Positions 25,388 to 36,327 of a stretch of DNA of 64,000 nt are shown here, piece after piece. The stretch's first letter is position 1. Every line of letters begins with the position of its first letter. The stretch is from Microthyrium microscopicum (taxonomy: Eukaryota): NCBI GenBank assembly GCA_010405405.1, contig MU004239.1:1178001-1242000 (forward strand), written 5' to 3'. The notes beneath the pieces were generated by a model. That model was not told the origin of the DNA, did no database searches, and saw nothing but the letters and a program-made list of their open reading frames with translations. The position numbers and the translations under genes were made by a program.

Positions 25388-26093
25388 GAGGAAGGCGGTG
25401 GATGACTTGTAACTATCGAAGGATAGATTCCTGGCTTGATCATGGTTGAAATAGTAACTAAATAGATCATTTTGATAGAATGAACAAAGCGCTGATATGT
25501 TTGATTAGTTATAGTGTTCGAATGCGATTGTTGTTGGCGAGTTTGGGCAAATGAATGGTAAGGGGCAATTATGTATTCTTCTTTCAATTATGAATGAGAT
25601 ATGCGTTAAGCAAAGAGTAGGTATACGTACTAAACATGATCTTTGTCAACCTGACACGTTCATTCAAATACTTCAAATCAACAGCACAGGAAATTGAAAG
25701 GAGATGTTGCTATGGACAACGCTCGATCTTGAGTGGTTCATGAAATACGATGGGCAACAACGCATGCTGCATTGAAAGGAGGTGGTGACATCCATCGCTG
25801 TCGATAGGGGTATGCTCTCTGATGTGTCCTTCTATGCACAGCAAGTTAAGCCATTGAGTATGTCCGTTTCCTCTTAAGAGTTATTAGATGATTCTTTCAC
25901 GAACGGCAAGACGTACCTGAATTACCAATTTACCAATCAAATAAGCCATCCCAGACTCACATTTCACATAAACTCAAAATAAGCCGTAAATAAAATCATG
26001 TATTTCATTCCCGCAAAGCCTTACTTCGCAGACAAATATATATCGTCCCGTCAGAACCCATGCAAAAAGTAAAACATCCGTCAGTTAACCATT

Positions 26094-28303
26094 TCATACA
26101 CCTCCACCATGACCACCCCCTCCACTGTTTGGATCTAGCAGTAAGGTCGGCTTGATGAAATCCTCATCGATATGCCGGAATGCGCCAGCAGGATCCTCAC
26201 TGAGTTCCGAAATAAGCTGGCTAATCGCGCCAGTTGCGTTGGCGATTCGACTTGATCCGCTGACATAGCTCTCACTCGCCGCCCGCGTCGGCCGTGCACC
26301 AGAAGTCGGGTACGGAGATGGACTGCCGGCTGCGGTGGTTGGTGTGCGCATGCCCATTCGGCGCGCAGCTGGTGGAAGGTCGAGATCAGCAGCGTCGTCT
26401 GTGTCGTCTGCGTTGGAGGCGGAGTTGCTGGCGTCGGGGCTGAAGAGGAGGGATTGTTCGGCGGCAGGGTCGGAGCCGTTGAGGTCGCGGCGCGAGAAGC
26501 CAGTGTTAGAGGCGCCGTTGGTGTGGCCGGATGAGTAGGTGCCGTTTCGGTCGCGTGAGGATTCGCGGTGAGGGGAGTCAAGATCGCCGAGCGCAACGCC
26601 GTTGCCGCGTGGCATATGGCCGAATGCGCTGCCGGAAGACTTTTTGAAGGTGCCGGCGGAACCGCCGTGCGTGATGTATTCGATATCGAATTCATCGTCA
26701 GAATCTATTTCTTCCACGACTCCAGTACGGATGTGCAGGATTTCGAGCATGCGGGCTGTGGTGCCGCCAAAGATGATGACGGTGAGCACGACGACGACGA
26801 GTACTGTGGCGCGTAGGACACTGCCGTTGCCTCCAGTAAGACCGGCTGCGAGAGCAACGCCGACGGCACCGCGGAGACCGGCCCAGAAAAGCATGACTTG
26901 ATGGGCGTAGGGGAGCTCTTCGGCTTCGACGTTGTTCCGACGGGCGCGGTAGCGAATGAACCAGTTGATCATTCTGGAGAGAGGGAAGATTGCGCACCAA
27001 CGGGCGACACAGATGCCGATGATGGTAATTAGGATGAAGAGCGGCTTGAATACAAGTCTTCGCTCGGTGAAGAGGGAGAGCCCGAGATAGATGAAGATGA
27101 AATTCTCGGACAATTGAGACATGACTTGGAAGACGAACTTGGTGGTTAGCTGTGTGCGTCTTGACATGTTGAGGTATGCATAATGCTTCATGCATATACC
27201 GCAAAATAGGAGAGATACGATTCCTGTATATTGTGAGCACAAGATCTTTTGACAATCTGACATGTAGCCTACCTGACATGGAAATGGCGTTAGAGAAGAA
27301 ATAACTGGCGTATGCGATGAGTATAATGATACAGCTTTCCGTCTTGGGAAATCTTCTGAGGTAGGTGAATTTAAGCATCAGAGAAGTGATCATGCCTATC
27401 ATCAATCCGATGACCAGACTTCCAAAAAAGACGAACAAGAAAGTGCCAATACTTTCAACCAAGCTAAAGACTTTGAGTCCCTTGCCATCTTCCTTGTATT
27501 TTTGAGCAGTTTCGAAAAGGACGATAGCAATAGCGTCGTTCAGGATGGCTTCGCCAAAGATAACGGTGTACAATTTGGGATCGACTTGATACGCGTTGAA
27601 AATGGCTAGAATAGTAACGGGATCGGTCGCAGATAGCGTTGCTCCGACTGACATGGCATCAATGAAATCAATATCGACGCCATCCAGATTCATCCGAGTC
27701 CAAACGAAGAGGATCAGTCCCAAGACAACTGCGGATATGAATGTACCAGCAAAAGCAAAAGTAAGAATGGCGCCTATGTTCCGGAAGAAATTTGCTTGAT
27801 GCAGTTCGTATCCAGAAGCAAGAATAATGGGTGGAAGTAGAAGATTGAAGAACATCTGATAATTAAAGCTGACGTTTGACAAGACATCTCCGGATGCGGC
27901 CAATCGTAATATAAGACCTATGACCATTCCTAAGGCATGTCAGGTATTGTATACTGTCATATGAAAGCAGGATAAGGCATACCGGCAAATATAGACATAA
28001 CAGTCTCATGAACAGCTTGTATGCGCCGAGTCTGTAGAATATAACTGGCAAAGAGGGCGGATATGAGGAGGAGGATGAGAATGAAGAGAGACCATGATGT
28101 CGAGATTTCTTGATCTGCTGGGGTTTTGGTTTCTATGCTGTGTCAATAGGAAAGTTGTGGGGGCGTATACAGGTAGACGTACGGTCAGGATCTGCCTCGG
28201 AGGCTCGTTCTGGAGATTAGTTAGCCAAAGTGATAGATAAACAGAGCAGTCAAGGAAGCGTACTCATGAGCTGCAAAGCAGCAATAGCCAAACCTGCAAC
28301 CAT
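26094..28303 (-). CDS. NHX1: Endosomal Na+(K+)/H+ exchanger Nhx1
   Basis: FFNLLLPPIILASGYEL, LSATDPVTILAIF, IFGEAILNDAIAIV, LFWAGLRGAVGVALA; short 5' exons. Confidence 0.95.
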
Positions 28304-29298
28304 GGCTGCGACTTGAACAGCGACGCCCGCATGGGGCTTTGGCGGTGGTTTAAATCAGCTTGCGATTGCGGCCTTGAGCGGCGCGAACGGGTGGAATCGA
28401 GGACGGTTGTTGAGCAGGGCGGCAAGACTCGAGGATATTTGACAGTGAGAGCCACGGGGATGACTGATATTCAGCGGAGTGGAGTGTCGAGGGATATAGA
28501 AATGGCAGATGGTGAGGTTGTTTGATGAATATTGCAGAGTAGATGTTGGAGTTGAAGCCATGTTGAAGTTTGGTTGACGTTGCGGTTGGAGCTGTATGGG
28601 CTCTGATTGGTCAAAAGGGGCAAGGAAGAAGGTGACAGCTGGTGTGACAGTGGCTCACTAAAATTAAGGGAACCTTAGCGGGACGACTCAGTAATTCCAG
28701 GATACAACCTCCAAATTAGGGACTCGGCTTTCCTACCGACAGCGGCTCAAGCGGCCAAGATTCCGTGGGTCCGAGGATGGGGAAAGGCTGGGAGCAATTC
28801 AGGTCCCGATGATGATCCATCGCAGACTCGCAGTAATGACATGGGTTGATACCACCATCACCAATCCATCGCGACGTCAACCCTCGAGGGTACTCTTGAA
28901 AATGTCATTCATCTCGATTTGTCTCTGTATACCATCTGCCAATTATACTTTGTCTTTCCTTGACTAAAAGCTCCACAAGATCGTATTTGTTTCTTGCATC
29001 TTACTGTTCCATACATCACCCGCCAAACATCGCCCAGCGCATCCCCTCAGCCCCAGTCGGCCAACGTTGTCGGGCGTACTGCTCTCTCGTGACACTCATA
29101 AAATGACCTATCCCTGAGACCTTTGACACAAAGCTGTCTTTTCTTTCTTCTTCTGCCTATTCTTATTACTTTGCACCACCGGCGGCATCTACTTTCAATG
29201 ATACACTAGACTTATACCTCGCGCGTCCACCCCGCATCCTATACTCTCGGCTTGTTGAGTCCTACTAGTACCTATACCTTGGTCGGAACGAAATTAGC

Positions 29299-31316
29299 AT
29301 GGCAGAATTCTCGAATAATAACGCCGGCGCATCGTCGAGTCGGTCTCCGCCTAAATCACCTATGCGCGTTTCTCCTGCTGCACACTCGCGCAGCTTCTCG
29401 AGAGAGTTGGAAGCTGACGAACAATCACCGCTACTTGCACCCTCCAAATCATCCTTTGACGACGATGACGAAAATAAGATACCGTCTATTGGTAGTCGGG
29501 ACACTGAACAAGAGGAGAACGATTGGACGGAAGAGGAGCATGTATCAAGGTCAAGTTGGTACATGTTCTTGTTGACTTTGGGAGGCTTCGGGTGAGCAAT
29601 GCGACCGGAGTTGCAGATGTATAACTAACTGGCGCAAGACTTCAAATGGGATGGGCTGTGGAAATGTCAAATGGCTCAGTGAGTTTTATGCAACTTCTTG
29701 GATCGCCGCATCAAGCTAACGAACGTCAGCCATATTTATTATCCCTCGGTCTCGATAAAGCACTTCTCGCCCTAGTGTGGCTTGCAGGACCACTTTCTGG
29801 AGTTATAGTTCAGCCATATGTCGGTATTAAAAGTGATCGATGCAGGAGTAGATGGGGAAAGAGAAGGCCATTCGTGGCAGCGGGAGCTTTATCAACTATG
29901 GTCTCTGTCATGGCATTGGCATGGGCAAGAGAAATTGTTGGAGGCTTCTATTCCATTTTTGGTGTAGAATCTGGATCAAATGCTGTTAGAATCACTATAA
30001 TGGTCTTTGCTGTCTTTTTCGTATATGTCTTGGACTTTGCAATCAACGTCCGTAAGTACGAAGTGAGCAAGTCATACGATATGTGCTAACTGTATTTAGT
30101 TCAAGCTGGCATAAGAGCATACGCCGTTGACTGCGCCCCGGCCCATCAACAGGAAATAGCAAATGCATGGATATCCCGAATGATAGGAGTCGGCAATATC
30201 GTCGGCATGGGTCTCGGAGGCATCAATCTCCCACGCTACTTTCCATTTCTCGGCAACAGTCAATTCAAAGTCCTATGCGCTCTCGCAGCCATCTCCATGG
30301 CCGTTAGTGTCAGTATCAGCGTCGCCAGCGTTCGCGAACGAGACCCCCGACAAGACACCATGCATCCCAACTCGGAGGACAGCCTGCTTCAGATATTTCG
30401 CAGTCTCTGGCGCTCCCTCTTCCGACTGCCGCCCCAAATCTCCGCTGTCTGCAAAGTCCAATTTTTAGCGTGGATGGGCTGGTTCCCTTTCCTCTTCTAT
30501 ACGTCCACCTTCATAGGCGAGATCTACGTGGAACCTTTCTTCGAGGCAAACCCACACATGACACAGTCTGAAATCAACGCCATCTGGGACGAAGGCACGC
30601 GCCGCGGTTCCGTCGCCCTGCTCGTCTTCGCCATAGTAACCTTCGCCGGCAACGTCATCCTCCCCTTCCTCATCGTACCCACCTTTCAGGCCCCAAAGCC
30701 AAGCAACGACCTCGCAGCCACTCCACTCACGCCAACGCATAGCTTGAGCGGCAGCTATCTCAGCGTCAAAAGCTCCATGCGCCCCACCCTCCAAAAGCGC
30801 ATAACAACACTCCTAACCAAACTCCAAATTCCAGGCCTCACCCTCCGCCGCACGTGGCTCTACTCCCATCTCCTCTTCTGCGGCTGCATGTGGGCCACGC
30901 TCTTCACCCGCTCCGTGCTCTCCGCCACCCTCCTCGTTGGCGCCGTCGGTATCTGCTGGGCCGTCACCATGTGGGCGCCCTTCGCACTCATCGCATCCGA
31001 AATATCCCGCCGAGACGCAATACGCCGCGGTGTACTCAGGGCGCGTGGCAGAGATGCACAACTCCTCGCGGCTGGGGAGGACGATTCAGCAGATCAAGCC
31101 GGTGTAGTACTAGGAATCCACAATGTAAGTATATCTGCACCGCAGGTGATCGCGACGTTGGTGGGGAGTGTATTATTTCATTATTTGCAGAAGCCCAGAG
31201 GCACACCTGGGGATACAAGTGTGGCGTGGTTCTTCCGGCTGGGGGGACTGTGTGCGTTGGGAGCGGCGTGGTTGACACATCGGGTGGGAGAGGATAAAGG
31301 GGAAGATGATGGTTAA
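29299..31316 (+). CDS. Sucrose/alpha-glucoside:H+ symporter (SUT1-like, GPH family of MFS)
   Basis: GLQMGWAVEMSNG, PYLLSLG...WLAGPLSGVIVQPYVGIKSDRCRSRWGKRRPF, LDFAIN, FLAWMGWFPFLFY, GVVLGIHNVSISAPQ; three introns. Confidence 0.9.
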
Positions 31317-31729
31317 AGAGGATAAGGGGAGGAGGAGTTGGTGGGGAGTTTTTGTATGATATTAATGATGTTATTATACTACATTGTATGTCTGATCTGT
31401 AGACTATTCATGATCTTGCTTCTGACCTTAAAGCCGCTGCTGTGCCACGCCGTAATGTGTTTTGTAAAGCTGTTGGAGCCCATCTACTTCGATGGCTCGC
31501 TGGGTATATCATATCTCATATCATATCTCATGCTCTTCCATCCCATCCCATCTCATCACTCCTTCCCCTAGCAATCATTAGCCGCAATCCCAAGTCAAAC
31601 CACTTGCATAACTTACCTGTTCACGCCCCACTTGTGCACTTTCGCTCCTTCTCACTTTATCATCCGCTTGACCATTCTTTTCGCCATGTTCCAGTATATT
31701 CGTACGTATCCCACTCCTCTCCTACTCCC

Positions 31730-32206
31730 TCAATCATCCTTCCCAATCCCAAACTCCTCCTCACAATCCTTAACTCGAGCCTTCCGATTCTCAGCAACCA
31801 TGCCAATCAGTCCCTGTCCTATATCGCGCACTGCATTGTAGGCGTGCAATTTTGCAATGTGGTTTTTGTGGATTTGTTTGGCGCCGCGGAGGGTGGCTTC
31901 TTCTTCGGTGCGTGTTAGGCCATGTTGTGTAGTGGTCGTGGAGCTATGCTGGTAGAGGTGGTGGAAATGTGCTGCGCTGGATGTATAGGTTGGCGCAGTG
32001 GATGGTGTAGGATGTTCGGTTGGTTGGGAGTCGGTGGTTTTGGTGGTGGAGGGGAAGAGCGCGGCGTGTAGGGAGAGCAGGAGAGAGTTGCGCTCGGATT
32101 GGAGGGATACGAGGGTTTCGGCGGGAGTGGGTTTTTTGGGTTGGTCTTTGGTGGGTGAGGAGGTTGGGGGATTTGGTGTTGGGGGTCGGAATATTGTTTT
32201 CGCCAT
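31730..32206 (-). CDS. SWI5: Swi5/Sae3-family recombination mediator
   Basis: C-terminal HIAKLHAYNAVRDIGQGLIGMVAENRKARVKDCEEEFG is the Swi5/Sae3 signature (S. pombe-type DNA repair Swi5, not the budding-yeast TF). Start chosen at MAKTIF. Confidence 0.85.
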   Translation of the reverse strand: MAKTIFRPPTPNPPTSSPTKDQPKKPTPAETLVSLQSERNSLLLSLHAALFPSTTKTTDSQPTEHPTPSTAPTYTSSAAHFHHLYQHSSTTTTQHGLTRTEEEATLRGAKQIHKNHIAKLHAYNAVRDIGQGLIGMVAENRKARVKDCEEEFGIGKDD

Positions 32207-32670
32207 CGTTGGGGGGAAAAGGGTGGTGGGAGGCTGGAGATGTGGTTGAGATGGATAGGGCGGAGTTGGTTCCGGTAGTGGTTTGGTGTTTCTTTTTTGG
32301 ATGGATGGAGCTTGCAACTTCATTCCTTACTCGAGTCAACAGGTCGACAAAATAATGGCGTATTCCCATCCAGTGCGATCTGAGCCATCTTTTTCTTTGA
32401 TGAAATGATCCTTTATTTCCCAGCGCATTCGATGGCTGTTTGATGACCTCACGCGTTCGCGTTGAAGAAGCAATAAAGTACTCGGTATCAAAGCATAGCA
32501 GATGGTAAACATGGCGCTTCATGGGAAGTTGCAATTGATATTGTCAAGCAGTTGGCTCTACCCGCGACCTTGCTTTGATTCCAGTCACTCTACTTGCGAC
32601 GGGTCAGTGCTACAGTAGCAAAGTATTGTTTCAGCAACGATGTCACAGAGAATTGTTGACAATCTCCTAT

Positions 32671-33534
32671 TCACTTGATGACAAAGCCGATGGGCATGAA
32701 ACCATGGTTGTCAACAGCTTCAAATATCTCTCCATCCATAAAGCCCAAAATGAAACAGGGACCCACAAGTTCATGATATCCTTCGTGTTTCCGAACTATG
32801 TATAGCCCTCCATCATCTACAATTGCGCAAGCGATATCACCACTTCTGATTCCAATAGGCCCGAGTCCAAAGTATTCATCGTCTGTCCAGAAGAAAGATC
32901 GATTTGCGTTAGCCGTAAAGAACCTCTCCGAGTATTCATAATGAAGTTGAATACCATTAGTGACTTGCTCTATCTGGGACCATGGGTCCACAAACTCTCC
33001 ATCAGGCTTTCCTAAAACATCCAGTAAGAGAGAATCAATGTTCTCATTATCGTACTGATCGTCCAGACTGAAGATACGCTTCGTCAGGGTTCTGTGATTG
33101 GTCTCCGTCAATTTTTCGCGCACTGTTCCTTGTATAAACGCAAATGCCAGGAAGCTACTGGCGAATCTAAGATAATCAGAGCCTATCTTGGAAAGTCGTC
33201 TATCACTGGTCTTATCGAAATCGAGTATCAACGTACGGAACAACGCTTCGATTCGTGATACACCAGAAGCGTATGATGCTCGTGGACTATTCAGGAACTC
33301 GAACCAGGAGGCAATCTCTTGAAAGAACCCTTGTTCCCAAATCCTAGTGAGGCGTTGGCAGTGGAAACCTCTGGTCCTCACAACATTAGGGACTTTCGAA
33401 ATACCAAATGCAACTCGTGGACTGGTAGATCCAACACGAATTCCGGCACTGAAATGAGCACTTAGGTACCTACCTAACTTAGATACTGTCCCATTCCCAG
33501 CCCGATAATCCTGGCGGTCGCCGGCAATAGGACG
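32671..33534 (-). pseudogene. 5'-truncated HET-6-like heterokaryon incompatibility gene (C-terminal part only)
   Basis: EALFRTLILD...RSFFWTDDEYFGLGP..IRSGDIACAIV....YIVR....YHELVGPCFILGFMDGE is the typical HET-6-like C-terminus. The frame opens after TGA TAA at ~33540 with no ATG; no HET domain seen upstream. Confidence 0.7.
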
Positions 33535-33895
33535 TTATCAGAACTTTTCGTAAATAAGTCTCCATTAGGTATTAACAACTCGGTTGTAACTTTCCGGCGC
33601 GTGATGGATGAAATGCGTTACTTTAATAAACTAAATAGCTTTTGGAATAAAACTGATGTGAGTGGACTCTTTGCGCAGATAGACATGGTAATATTTGACT
33701 TCCATACCACCTGGTCGGTACCGTCCGTAAAAGTATCAACCAGTGCCCAGAGGCTACAAATATTCCTTCATCAACAAATCAAGGTAGAGATTGAACAAAG
33801 TGTCTATCACGGATATGCTGCTTAGCGCGCGAAAGTGAATTTTATTATTGAAATCATTCATATTTCCTTTGTGTATCATGATAGTACCTAGCCAG

Positions 33896-34729
33896 TCAAT
33901 CAGTCGGTATACTACCAGAAGAGGTCATATTTCCTTCTGTCACCGTCTGCTGAGCATCATTCGGTATAGATGAGTGAACGGTTTCGTCACTGTTTCCAGT
34001 TGTAGCTCCAGTGGTGCTTGGTGCGCTCTCAGATGCCACAGTCTGCGAAACGAACACCTCTCCTCGACTAGACTGAGCTGACTGTTGAATGATGTCTTCT
34101 GTGCTAGGCTCGGCTTGCTGTTCAGCTATCATTGCTTCATTGATAGACGGAGATGGCGAAGCAGATGTATCTGACCCAGGGTAGACACTTGTTGTTGGGC
34201 CGGCCGGTACTGCTCCGGGTGTATCACGTCGTATCCGCCGGGCTGGGCGAGTGGCTCTAGGCGTTGGGGACGATGATGGAAGTGTATTTGAGTTAACCAG
34301 CAGACTTATAGCCAACAACTGGCGAGCTGCATGGCGTAGATCGCGGGCCCGCTGCACTGGACCAGATTCTCTATGAGCCGGGCCGTCTAGGCTGGCCCAA
34401 AGGTCGAAATACTCTGGTGGAAGCAAGCCCATAAACGAAGCAACGTCTCGAATGAACATGGTAGATGGGAATATGGTGTAGAGTTCTCGAAAGAATCGTG
34501 GGATCATTGCATCATACACGTGCATAATGCTGCCATGTCTTATTCGAAGAGGGTGGATTATGTTGCTCATACTCTGAAGAACGGTAAGGAAGTTTGGATC
34601 TTGCAAGTCAATTCTGTTGTATTGCTCAATCGCTCCTTCACAGGCATTGCAGAATATTTGCATCTGATCACTGAGCATCTGTCGAGAGCTGACTGGAAGA
34701 GTCACGGTCTGAAAGGCTATGGGGAGCAT
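33896..34729 (-). CDS. Hypothetical protein (orphan; S/T/P-rich C-terminus)
   Basis: 277-aa ATG-initiated ORF; no recognisable motif. Confidence 0.45.
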   Translation of the reverse strand: MLPIAFQTVTLPVSSRQMLSDQMQIFCNACEGAIEQYNRIDLQDPNFLTVLQSMSNIIHPLRIRHGSIMHVYDAMIPRFFRELYTIFPSTMFIRDVASFMGLLPPEYFDLWASLDGPAHRESGPVQRARDLRHAARQLLAISLLVNSNTLPSSSPTPRATRPARRIRRDTPGAVPAGPTTSVYPGSDTSASPSPSINEAMIAEQQAEPSTEDIIQQSAQSSRGEVFVSQTVASESAPSTTGATTGNSDETVHSSIPNDAQQTVTEGNMTSSGSIPTD

Positions 34730-35415
34730 TTCGTAATTCCTATGTGTGGGTTGATGAAAGTAATTGGATGTGCTGTCTGGGCATGATGCATTGAGAATAC
34801 TTCCTTTTCTTATAGAAATTGTGCCCAGAACTTAGTGACAGAGTCATGAGAGATTCTGAATGTTAACGTGGAGTTGGTAGTAGTTACCTCTTAAATCAGT
34901 ATCTTCATTTCGTTTAGTCATTTTGGATTGTTACAAATGAGGCGCCCAGAGCACAGCTACACGGAGATCAGTCACAAGAATTCATTGGAAGATCACGTTC
35001 AACATTTCATGAACGGTGTTCTATGGCCATTCCATCAGCTGCGCAATCCAATCTAATTCATCGTCCGGTGCCTCCATTTGGCATACTATTCCAAGATTTG
35101 AATAGTCTCAAGAGTCGAAATAAGACGGCCACCACGAAGATGAAATCGTCATGAATACACAGGTCACTTCTGAGGACTGTGTCCGCAATTATAAGGCTTG
35201 TATATCATTTAGTTGTAGTATAGAACTGATAGAAAGATGGAAGGAAATTGGGGTTTTTTCGGTGCATAAAGAGTGACAAAAAGTTTTGCTTTGGTCAATA
35301 AGCATTCAATAAATGTTACAACGGCTCAACGGTTGAAACAGGAACGAAATAAATAACGAATAGAATACGATTTGAATCCTAGAGGCGGTACAGAAGTTAT
35401 AGCAGACAGAGGTGC

Positions 35416-36327
35416 TCAAGGTCCACTTTGTTTGGTATCGGGATTGTCCACCTGAGCTAGCTGACCTGTTGAAACACCAGGGAAGGCGTAGGCAGGATCT
35501 TGCACCGCCATAGGCAAGAGATTGTTGGTTTTACAGTCTGTAAAAACAAAGACTACCTTGCCGCCAGCATGGCCATTTGCGTCTTTCTGTGGTGTTGTAT
35601 TGCACCAGTTGATAGTGTTCTTGAGAGACGTAACTGACTTAGTGTCGCACAAGTAGGTCCCCTTCCCCAAGGACTGGGCCGGGATGTTTGTTAGAGTGCC
35701 GCACGATCTATTGCTTGTTAAAAAACGATTCGCAATGAAACAGTACACCTACACCATTAGATATGGAATGAAAGTCCAGTACCCGCACATCCCCGAACTG
35801 ATTGATGCAGCTTGAGAAGCAGTTGTCTCATATCCTACGGCTTTAGACCATGACCAGGTTGCTCCAAGGTTGAATGCTGCTTCAAGATCGTCGATAGATC
35901 CACCAATCGTGCCTCCCGCGCTGATTCCGACAGTGTTGGTTACTGTGACGGATTGGGATTGTTGAAGCGTACAAGTGGTATTACCAGCGCCATTACCAAC
36001 ACCAGAACAATGTGAATTGGCAAATGGGACTTCTTGGCCGTAGTTCAACGTCAACTTTTGCTCGCAGTAACCAGTGCAGGCGCTCGGGTCGATAGCTAAG
36101 GAAGGAATTGCAGATATGCAGTGGCCTGCAGAGTCAAGAGGGAACTTCTTGGTGCATGTGGTCAAACCCTTGCGAAATGTTATTTGATTGTTATTAAAAC
36201 CTCATCTCTCTCAGCTTACCACATTGACGGGCATATTCTCTGGAGAACATGGCACATCTCTCTGAATAACGCGACCATGAACAAAGGTTATGGAGGCTCC
36301 AATGAGCAAAATCGAATTTAAAAGCAT
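35416..36327 (-). CDS. Secreted Cys-rich protein with aerolysin/ETX-MTX2-like amphipathic hairpin pattern
   Basis: Signal peptide MLLNSILLIGASITFVHG; introns ~36169-36219 (AAG acceptor) and ~35708-35752 join three ORFs in frame; 12 Cys; S/T-rich strands around VGISAGGTIGGSI...AAFNLGATWSWS; CGYWTFIP. Confidence 0.75.

Noticed and set aside
29103..29209. Two tiny uORFs (MTYP*, MIH*) upstream of the SUT1-like transporter
   Set aside because: Transcription start unknown; such short ORFs are expected by chance.
30200..32300. Strong C-rich to G-rich strand switch across SUT1-like and SWI5 genes
   Set aside because: Follows gene orientation and third-position usage, and is also seen in NHX1 and the Ada-like gene; no separate element needed.
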